A stretch of 38,784 nucleotides of DNA from an uncultured Acidimicrobiia bacterium (GTDB lineage Bacteria > Actinomycetota > Acidimicrobiia > IMCC26256 > CALEDW01): the NCBI GenBank assembly GCA_937949585.1, contig CALEDW010000003.1, positions 1 through 38,784 of the forward strand, read 5' to 3'. A model generated the notes under the pieces. It was not told the DNA's origin and did no database searches. It saw only the letters and a list, made by a program, of their open reading frames with translations. The number at the start of each line of letters is the position of its first letter. The stretch's first letter is position 1. Positions 1 through 6,777 of this stretch are shown here, piece after piece. Both the position numbers and the translations under genes were made by a program.

Positions 1-469
1 AGAGCTGGCCGCCGAGGTCCAGGCCCGACACGTCGACCACCAACGCCACCGGGATGTCGGCGGGCTTGGCCGAGATCGACAGCGTGAACAGCGCTTGCTC
101 GAGGATGCCCCCGGCGCGGGTGCCGGGTGCCTCGCCGTCCAGGTGAACCGGCACCTCGGCGTTGACGGCCACGTCGCGACGGATGCGCACGAAATCGACG
201 TGCAGCAGCTCGCCGCGGGTGGGGTGCCGCTGGACCTGGCGGATGAGGGTGAGGGTGTCCTCGCCGTCGAGGCGCAGGGCGACCAGCGTGTTGGCACCGG
301 AGGCGCTGTGCAGGATGTGCTCCACATCCCGGCGGGCGACGCTCACCGGGCGGGCGGGCGCGTCGAGCCCATAGAGCACACCCGGCACCCGCCCGGCGCG
401 CCGGAGCCGACCGGCCGGCCCGGAACCGGTCTCGCTGCGGGACTCGGCGTTGAGGGCGACGTCCGTCAT
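1..469 (-). CDS. rplY: 50S ribosomal protein L25/Ctc, N-terminal part (3' end lies outside the window)
   Basis: My translation of the minus strand from ATG 469..467 gives MTDVALNAESRSETGSGPAGRLRRAGRVPGVLYGLDAPARPVSVARRDVEHILHSASGANTLVALRLDGEDTLTLIRQVQRHPTRGELLHVDFVRIRRDVAVNAEVPVHLDGEAPG..., a typical L25/Ctc N-terminus. It is absent from the ORF track because there is no stop in the window. GGAGG lies upstream at 483-487 (minus strand). Its position downstream of prs matches Mycobacterium and Bacillus. Confidence 0.8.
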   Translation of the reverse strand, partial: MTDVALNAESRSETGSGPAGRLRRAGRVPGVLYGLDAPARPVSVARRDVEHILHSASGANTLVALRLDGEDTLTLIRQVQRHPTRGELLHVDFVRIRRDVAVNAEVPVHLDGEAPGTRAGGILEQALFTLSISAKPADIPVALVVDVSGLDLGGQL

Positions 470-506
470 GGCGCGCTGGTACCTCCGGGAGAGCGGCGGG
501 AACCCG

Positions 507-2018
507 TCATTCTGCCCGCCCGGCGCCGGATCGGCCAAGCGGGTCGGGCCCGGCGGCGGGGAACCGCACCCGGGCGACCCGGCCGTCGGCGCCGGGGGCG
601 GGGGCCACCTGCGCGCCGGTGGCGGCGAGCGCCGCCACCCAGGCCCGCTCACCGGGGCGGCCGGCGTCGTCGAGCACCATCACCGCCCCGCCGAGACGCT
701 CCGGCAGGGCCGCCTGGAGCCCCTGCCGGCCACCACGGGTGTCGCCGGGCGGCCCGTCGCAGCACACCAGCCCGAACCGGGGCGGCAGCGGCTCCCGGAC
801 CCGGTCGAGGTCGTACCAGTCGGCGCCGCCGACGTCGACCAACGGCGCCCGCCATCGCCGCACGTGGTCGAGACCGAGACGGGCGCAGCAGCCGTCGACG
901 AGGCCGAACCAGTAGGGGTCGTGCTCCAGGACCCACACCTCCCGGCCCGAGGGGGCGGTGGCCGTGCCCAGCACGAGGGTGGAGAGGCCGCTGCCACACT
1001 CCAGCACCGGCCCGTCGGTGGCCTCGAGCTCGGCCAGCGCCGCCGCGAGGTATCCGGCGCCGGCCGCCCAGTCGCTCGGCCAGCACTCCACCAGCTCGGC
1101 CAGCGTTTCGGGTGCCGGACGCCGCGGGGGTCGGCACGCCGTCAGCAGGTCGCGCAGGTGGGGGTCGGCTCCCAGCCGCCAGCCGTGCACCTTGCCGAGC
1201 ACCTGGGCGATCGCCCCGGGAACGTCGGCGTCCTTGGAGATCCGGTTCGGCGCGTCGGTGTGGTAGCGGACGGCCACCACCGGGATCCGGGCCGGCTCCC
1301 GCTCCCGGGTGAGGCGCAGCAACAGGTCCCAGTCGGTCATCGCCTCGAGGTGCTCGTCGAAACGGGCCTCGGCCAGACCGGCCCGGTGACCCACCGTGCC
1401 CAGGTCGGCGAGGTTAGCCCGCTCGAGCGCGGCGCGGTCCCACGGGAGGAGTTGCAGCGCGGCCCGCCCGGGCGGGGCGTCGGGCTCGGGGACGCGCCGG
1501 TCGCCGAACAGCCGGGCGCCGTAGCAGACCTCGATCTCGGGCCAGGTCCGCAGCGCCCACACCAGCGCTGCACACCAGTCGGGACCCATCTCGTTGTCGT
1601 CGTCGAGGTAGGTGACGTAGGCGCCGCTCGCGGCGGCCAGGGCCACGTTGCGCGCCGCGCTCACGCCCCGCCGGGGACCCTCCAGCAGCCGGATCCGGCC
1701 GTCGGGGAATCGGCCGAGGGTTTCCTTGGCGGCGGCGGTGACCCCGTCGTCGACGACCAGGAGCTCCCAGCGTGGGTAGCGCTGCGCCAGCACCGACCGC
1801 ACCGCCCGGGCCAGCGGTCCGGGCCGGTCGCGGGTGGGCAGCACGATCGAGACGACCTCGTCCGGCTCCACCGTGGCCCCGGCCAGCCAGGTGGTGGTCT
1901 CCCAGGTCGCCGCCACCGACTCCACCGCCGCGATCCGCCCGTCGCGGGCCGCGAGCTGGGCCCGCGCCGCGGCCAGGTCCGCTTCGAGCTCCCGCAGCCG
2001 GGCCTCCACCTCGCCCAC
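507..2018 (-). CDS. Family 2 glycosyltransferase fused to a C-terminal class I SAM-methyltransferase-like domain, with an N-terminal coiled-coil segment; start uncertain
   Basis: This is the C-terminal half of the 507..3653 ORF. GT2 core: VSIVLPTRDRPGPLARAVRSVLAQRYPRWELLVVDDGV...YLDDDNEM. Methyltransferase motif I-like: VLECGSGLSTLVLG. The first canonical in-frame starts are GTG 2018 and GTG 2009. Third-position G/C bias continues up to the prs stop (CTG at 2147). Confidence 0.6.
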   Translation of the reverse strand: MGEVEARLRELEADLAAARAQLAARDGRIAAVESVAATWETTTWLAGATVEPDEVVSIVLPTRDRPGPLARAVRSVLAQRYPRWELLVVDDGVTAAAKETLGRFPDGRIRLLEGPRRGVSAARNVALAAASGAYVTYLDDDNEMGPDWCAALVWALRTWPEIEVCYGARLFGDRRVPEPDAPPGRAALQLLPWDRAALERANLADLGTVGHRAGLAEARFDEHLEAMTDWDLLLRLTREREPARIPVVAVRYHTDAPNRISKDADVPGAIAQVLGKVHGWRLGADPHLRDLLTACRPPRRPAPETLAELVECWPSDWAAGAGYLAAALAELEATDGPVLECGSGLSTLVLGTATAPSGREVWVLEHDPYWFGLVDGCCARLGLDHVRRWRAPLVDVGGADWYDLDRVREPLPPRFGLVCCDGPPGDTRGGRQGLQAALPERLGGAVMVLDDAGRPGERAWVAALAATGAQVAPAPGADGRVARVRFPAAGPDPLGRSGAGRAE

Positions 2019-2143
2019 ACCGAGGAGATGCCGCAGCCGGTGCAGCGCGGCGGTGGCCGGCCCGACGGAGGCCCGTTCCGCCCGCCACAGGGCACGCTGG
2101 CGCGCCCAGCGTCGCCGGATCGACCCGGCGTCGCCGTCACCGT

Positions 2144-3133
2144 TCAGACGTTGTCCCCCTTGAACAGCTCGCTCACCGAGGTGTCCTCGAACACCGCGTC
2201 GAGCGCCTCGGCGACGATCGGGGCGATGGAGAGCACGACCAACTGCGGCCAGCGCTTCTCCGGCGGCACCGGCAGGGTGTTCGTCACCACCACCTCCCGC
2301 ACCGGCGCCGCCCGCAACCGTTCGACCGCGGGACCTGACAGCAGCGGGTGGGTGGCGAGGATCGAGACCGACGCCGCGCCCCGGTCCATGAGCAGAGCGG
2401 CGGCGCTGGCCACGGTGCCGCCGGTGTCGATCATGTCGTCGACGAGCAAGCAGTGCCGCTCCCGCACCACCCCGACGACCTCGGTGGCCACGGCCACGTT
2501 GTGCTGCCCCGCCGGCCGGCGCTTGTCGATGAACGCCAGCTCGGCGCGTACCCCGTGGTCGGCGAGGTGGTTGGCGAACCGCCGGGCGAGCTTGCCGCCC
2601 CCGGCGTCGGGGCTCACCACCGTGACCTCGGCGCCGGCCCCGAGGCGCTCGGCCTGGTAGGAGGCCAGCAGCGGCACCGCGGTGAGGTGATCGACGGGGA
2701 AGTCGAAGAAGCCCTGGATCTGGCCGGTGTGCAGGTCGACGGTGACGACCCGGTCGGCGCCGGCGACGGTGAGCAGGTCGGCGAGGAGGCGGGCGGTGAT
2801 CGGCTCCCGCCCCTCGGCCTTGCGATCCTGCCGGGCGTAGCCGTAGAAGGGGCAGACCGCGGTGATCCGCTTCGCCGAGGCCCGCTTCGCGGCGTCGATC
2901 ATGATGAGCTGCTCGACGATCCGGTCGTTGATCGGTTCGCAGTGGGTCTGGACGACGAAGATGTCCGAGCCCCGCACGCTCTCGCCGTACCGGCAGTACA
3001 GCTCCCCGTTCGCGAAGGTCGACAGCACCACGTCGCCGAGCGGGACCGACAGCGCCTTGGCGATCTCCTCCGACAGCTCGGGGTGCCCCCGACCGGCGAA
3101 GAGCATGAGCCGCTTCTTGCTCACGAGCTCCAT
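2144..3133 (-). CDS. prs: Ribose-phosphate pyrophosphokinase (PRPP synthetase)
   Basis: MELVSKKRLMLFAGRGHPELSEEIA...CPFYGYARQDRK...LLVDDMIDTGGT. ATG at 3133..3131 overlaps the glmU stop by 1 nt (TGATG). Confidence 0.95.
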   Translation of the reverse strand: MELVSKKRLMLFAGRGHPELSEEIAKALSVPLGDVVLSTFANGELYCRYGESVRGSDIFVVQTHCEPINDRIVEQLIMIDAAKRASAKRITAVCPFYGYARQDRKAEGREPITARLLADLLTVAGADRVVTVDLHTGQIQGFFDFPVDHLTAVPLLASYQAERLGAGAEVTVVSPDAGGGKLARRFANHLADHGVRAELAFIDKRRPAGQHNVAVATEVVGVVRERHCLLVDDMIDTGGTVASAAALLMDRGAASVSILATHPLLSGPAVERLRAAPVREVVVTNTLPVPPEKRWPQLVVLSIAPIVAEALDAVFEDTSVSELFKGDNV

Positions 3134-4605
3134 CACGCACCCCCCAGGGACGTGCCGCCCTCGCCCGGCACCGCCGGGGGCGGTCCCGTCGCCTCGTCCT
3201 CGCCCACCTCGCCCCGGCGGGCCTCGACCCAGCCTTCGTGCACCGTGGCCGGCACCCCGGCCGCCAGCGCGCCCGGTGGCACGTCGGTGCGTACCACCGC
3301 GCCGGCGCCGGTGAAGGCGCCGGCGCCGACCTGCACCGGCGCCACGAGCACCGTGTTCGACCCGATCCGGGCGTCGGGCCCCACCACCGTACGGTGCTTG
3401 CGGCGGCCGTCGTAGTTGGCGGTGATCGTCCCGGCGCCGATGTTGGCCCGCTCCCCGATCTCGGCGTCGCCGACGTACGCCAGGTGCGGCACCTTGGCCC
3501 CCGCACCGATGTCGGCCGCCTTGGTCTCCACGAACGTGCCCACGTGCGCTCCCGGCCAGAGCCGGGTACCGGGCCGCAGTGAGACCCACGGACCGACGGT
3601 GCAGTCGTCGCCGATCTCGGTCTCCCGGGCCACCGCGTGCTGGAGCACGGCACGGGCCCCGACGGTGGTGTCGACGAGACGCACGTCGGGTCCCACCACG
3701 GCGCCCTCGCCCACGGTGGTGCGGCCCTCGAGGATCACCTGCGGCAGGAGCCGCACGTCGGGGCCGAGGGTCACCCCCACGTCGATGTAGGTGGTGGTCG
3801 GGTCGACCATCGTGACCCCGGCGCGCATCCAGCGTTCGTTCACGCGCCGCCGCATCACGGTCTCGGCGGCAGCCAGGTGCACCCGGTCGTTCACCCCGAG
3901 GATCTCCTGGGGGTCGGCCACCGGCACCGCCGCCACCCGGTGCCCGGCCCGGCGCAGCACCGCGATCACGTCGGTGAGGTAGTACTCGCCCTGGGCGTTC
4001 TCGGGCACCAGGCGGCGCAGGGCCGGGGCCAGGAGCGTGCGGCGGAAGCAGTAGATGGAGGGGTTCACCTCCCGGACCGCCCGCTCGTCGTCGGTGGCGT
4101 CGGCTTCCTCCACGATCGCCTGCACGTCCCCGACGTCGTCGCGCAGCACGCGGCCGTAGCCGGTCGGGTCGTCGAGCACGGCGGTGAGCATGGTGGCCGC
4201 CGCGTCGCGGCGGCGGTGGGCGGTGGCCAGCTCGGCGAGGGTCTCGGGCCGCAGCAGCGGGACGTCACCGACGAGCAGCAGCAGGTCGTCGTCGAGGTCC
4301 ACGTCGGTGGGGAAGGCGGTGAGCGCGACCGCCGCGGCGTCCCCGGTGCCGAGCCGGCTGCGCTGCTCCACGAACTCGACGGGGATCTCGGTGCGCAGGT
4401 GCTCCTGGGCCACCTTCGTGACCCGCTCGGCCCCGTGGCCGACCACCACGACGATCCGCTCCAACGGCAGGGCGCAGAGCGCGTCGAGGACGTGCAAGAT
4501 GATGGGCCGGCCGCAGACCGGGTGCAGGACCTTCGGCGTCGCCGACCGCATCCGGGTGCCTTCCCCCGCGGCGAGCACCGCCGCCGACAGTGGCCGGTAG
4601 GTCAT
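3133..4605 (-). CDS. glmU: Bifunctional UDP-N-acetylglucosamine pyrophosphorylase / glucosamine-1-phosphate N-acetyltransferase
   Basis: MTYRPLSAAVLAAGEGTRMRSATPKVLHPVCGRP... N-terminal nucleotidyltransferase domain plus C-terminal hexapeptide-repeat (LbH) domain. ATG at 4605 with GGAGG 4 nt upstream. Confidence 0.95.
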   Translation of the reverse strand: MTYRPLSAAVLAAGEGTRMRSATPKVLHPVCGRPIILHVLDALCALPLERIVVVVGHGAERVTKVAQEHLRTEIPVEFVEQRSRLGTGDAAAVALTAFPTDVDLDDDLLLLVGDVPLLRPETLAELATAHRRRDAAATMLTAVLDDPTGYGRVLRDDVGDVQAIVEEADATDDERAVREVNPSIYCFRRTLLAPALRRLVPENAQGEYYLTDVIAVLRRAGHRVAAVPVADPQEILGVNDRVHLAAAETVMRRRVNERWMRAGVTMVDPTTTYIDVGVTLGPDVRLLPQVILEGRTTVGEGAVVGPDVRLVDTTVGARAVLQHAVARETEIGDDCTVGPWVSLRPGTRLWPGAHVGTFVETKAADIGAGAKVPHLAYVGDAEIGERANIGAGTITANYDGRRKHRTVVGPDARIGSNTVLVAPVQVGAGAFTGAGAVVRTDVPPGALAAGVPATVHEGWVEARRGEVGEDEATGPPPAVPGEGGTSLGGA

Positions 4606-4626
4606 CGCACCTCCGTGCTCAGGTCC

Positions 4627-4665
4627 GTGTGCTCGGTCTGTGTGCTCGGTCTGTGTGCTCGGGTC
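4627..4665. repeat. 13-nt tandem repeat, 3 copies (gtgtgctcggtct x2, gtgtgctcgggtc) plus a degenerate fourth copy at 4614-4626
   Basis: Read directly in the sequence between the glmU start (4605) and tRNA-Gln (4732). Confidence 0.9.
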
Positions 4666-4731
4666 CCGGGCACCGGCGCCGGACGGTCGGTCCTGCTCCC
4701 GAGCCGATCCGGGCCGTTCGGGGCCGGGCGG

Positions 4732-4802
4732 CTCGGGGGCGAGGTTTCGAACCTCGACTTGGGACTCCAAAGGACCCCGTGCTGCCGTTACACCACCCCC
4801 GA
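4732..4802 (-). tRNA. tRNA-Gln (anticodon UUG); CCA not encoded
   Basis: The reverse complement folds as a cloverleaf. Acceptor TCGGGGG/CCCCCGA, D arm GTGT/GCAC, anticodon loop CTTTGGA, T arm CGAGG-TTCGAAA-CCTCG, discriminator G. There is one U-U mismatch in the anticodon stem. Confidence 0.85.
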
Positions 4803-4814
4803 GGGCTCCGGCCG

Positions 4815-4820
4815 ATCGTA
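4815..4820 (-). promoter_or_regulatory. Candidate -10 box (TACGAT on the minus strand) for tRNA-Gln
   Basis: A TANNNT hexamer lies 12 nt upstream of the mature tRNA 5' end. Confidence 0.35.
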
Positions 4821-4900
4821 CCCCCGGGCCGGCGGTGCCCCCGGCCCGCCCGGGCCGGATGTGACGCCGGGGGTGGTGGCGGCTAGCGTTCCCCGCCGCC

Positions 4901-5002
4901 ATGGGCTCGCTCATCAAGAAGCGCCGCAAGCGGATGCGCAAGAAGAAGCACAAGAAGCTGCTCAAGCGGACCCGCTGGCAGCGCCGTCAGCAAGGTCGCT
5001 GA
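4901..5002 (+). CDS. Small basic ribosomal protein bS22-type (33 aa)
   Basis: My translation: [33 protein letters not shown]. It closely resembles the actinobacterial bS22 sequence as I remember it ([33 protein letters not shown]). Too short for the ORF track. TAGCGT lies at 4884-4889. Confidence 0.75.
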   Translation: [33 protein letters not shown]

Positions 5003-5837
5003 GCACCGCGGAGCGGGCCCATCCGGCCGGAAGGATCGTGCCCACCCAGGCCCGATGGCCGGGCCGCCCGGCCAGGTCGTCCCGGCAGCGACGGGCGGTG
5101 TGCAGGTCCTCGGCGAAGGTCCACAGGCAGGTGCCGCTGCCGGCGAGCAGCCACCGGCCCGACCCCGGACGGGGTGCCGCCTCGGCGATGAGCACCAGCC
5201 TGGGGTCCAGGTGCCGGGCCGCCGGTTCGAGGTCGTTCACCAGCTCGCCGGCCACCCCGGCCAGCGCCGCCGGCGCGGGCAGGGGCTCGCCGTGCGGACC
5301 GCCGAGGTCGTCCCAGGTGCGGTAGACCGCGGCGGTCGCCAACCCGAAGCCGGGGTGCAGCACGACCACCGGCGGCAGCGGCGGGAGCGCGACCGGTTCG
5401 AGAACCTCACCCCGCCCCCGGATCCACGCCGGCCCGCCGTGGAGGCAGACCGGCACGTCGGAGCCCAGCCGCGCCGCGACCGCCCGATCCGACACCCCCA
5501 GCGCCCGCAGGACCGCGGCTGCGTCGGCCGACCCGCCGCCGAGCCCCCCGCCGGGCGGGATCTCCTTGCGGATCCGGATGCGACAGGACCGGCCGGTGAG
5601 CGCCGCGGCGGCCAGCGCGAGGTTGGTCCCGTCGGCGGGGACGCCGGCCGCCGCCGGACCGTCGACGGCGATGCGGGGCGGCCCGGCCGTCGGCTCCACC
5701 TCGAGCTCGTCGGCGGGGTCGGAGAGGCTCACGACGAGGGCGGCGAGCTCGTGGTAGCCGTCGGGGCGGCGCCCGCGGACCCGCAGGGTGAGGGTGAGCT
5801 TGGCGGGTGCCCGCACCCGCACCGTGCCCGCGCTCAT
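4962..5837 (-). CDS. ispE: 4-diphosphocytidyl-2-C-methyl-D-erythritol kinase
   Basis: GHMP-kinase motif KEIPPGGGLGGGSADAAA and N-terminus APAKLTLTLRV. ATG 5837 overlaps the rsmA stop (ATGA). The 3' end overlaps the convergent bS22 ORF by 41 nt. Confidence 0.9.
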   Translation of the reverse strand: MSAGTVRVRAPAKLTLTLRVRGRRPDGYHELAALVVSLSDPADELEVEPTAGPPRIAVDGPAAAGVPADGTNLALAAAALTGRSCRIRIRKEIPPGGGLGGGSADAAAVLRALGVSDRAVAARLGSDVPVCLHGGPAWIRGRGEVLEPVALPPLPPVVVLHPGFGLATAAVYRTWDDLGGPHGEPLPAPAALAGVAGELVNDLEPAARHLDPRLVLIAEAAPRPGSGRWLLAGSGTCLWTFAEDLHTARRCRDDLAGRPGHRAWVGTILPAGWARSAVLSDLADGAASGSA

Positions 5838-6742
5838 CGCGGATCGTCCCGCCACCGCTCGGCCACGGGGCCCGCCGCGGCCGCCGCCCGGGCCAGCGCG
5901 GCCCAGCGACCGAGGTCGAGCGCCTCGGCCCGGGCGGTCTCGGGGATCCCGGCGGCGGCCAGGACGGCCCGGGTGTGCTCCCCCAGCCGGGGGCGCAGCG
6001 ACGAGCGCAGCATCTTGCGCCGCTGCGCGAAGCCGGCCCGCAGCAGTGTGACGAGCTCGGCATACGACCGCACCTCCACAGGCGGGCGGGGGTGTCGCCG
6101 CAGGTGGACCAGCGCCGAGTCGACCCGGGGGGGCGGGAGGAACACCGTCGGTGGGACCCGGCCGACGATCCGGGCGCGGGCGTGGTAGGCGACCCGGACG
6201 GTGACGGCGCCGTAGACCCGCCTCCCGGGCCGAGCACAGAGCCGCTCGGCCGCCTCCAGCTGGGTCATCACCAGCATCTCACGCACGGCCGGCGCCCCCT
6301 CGAGCAGCCGCAGCACCACCGCCGTGGCGATGTTGTACGGCAGGTTGGACACCATCTTCCACCCCGGCCCCGCTCGCCCGGGTTCGCCGGGCTCGCCGGC
6401 TTCGTCCGGCGCCAGGAGCCGGTCGAGGTCGACCCGCAGCACGTCGCCGACCAGCACCTCCACCGCCGGGCCCACCACCTCCCGCAGCACCGGCACGAGC
6501 GCCTCGTCGACCTCGACGGCCCGGACCCGGGCCCCGGCGTCGACGAGCGCGGCGGTGAGCGACCCGAGGCCGGGGCCCACCTCGAGGACACGGTCCCCGG
6601 GCCGCACGCCGGCGAGGCGCACGATCCGGCGGGCCGTGTTGGGATCGGCGAGGAAATGCTGGCCCAGGGCGCGACGCCGGGTGAGGCCGTGCCGCTCCAG
6701 CAACGCCCGCAGCTCGCGGGGGCCCAGGGCCGCGCCGGGCAC
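5834..6742 (-). CDS. rsmA: 16S rRNA (adenine1518/1519-N6)-dimethyltransferase
   Basis: LGQHFLADPNTARRIV...VLEVGPGLGSLT...NLPYNI. GTG start at 6742. Confidence 0.92.
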   Translation of the reverse strand: MPGAALGPRELRALLERHGLTRRRALGQHFLADPNTARRIVRLAGVRPGDRVLEVGPGLGSLTAALVDAGARVRAVEVDEALVPVLREVVGPAVEVLVGDVLRVDLDRLLAPDEAGEPGEPGRAGPGWKMVSNLPYNIATAVVLRLLEGAPAVREMLVMTQLEAAERLCARPGRRVYGAVTVRVAYHARARIVGRVPPTVFLPPPRVDSALVHLRRHPRPPVEVRSYAELVTLLRAGFAQRRKMLRSSLRPRLGEHTRAVLAAAGIPETARAEALDLGRWAALARAAAAAGPVAERWRDDPR

Positions 6743-6777
6743 CGACGCTCAGCCGGGTCGCCGGTCTTGCGCCGCGC

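Noticed and set aside
507-3653. 1048-aa minus-strand ORF spanning the GT2 gene, prs and part of glmU
   Set aside because: Only the C-terminal part (about 507-2018/2147) has recognisable domains. Upstream it runs in an alternative frame through prs and glmU and translates to Arg/Pro/Gly-rich low-complexity sequence. This is a typical high-GC open-frame artefact.
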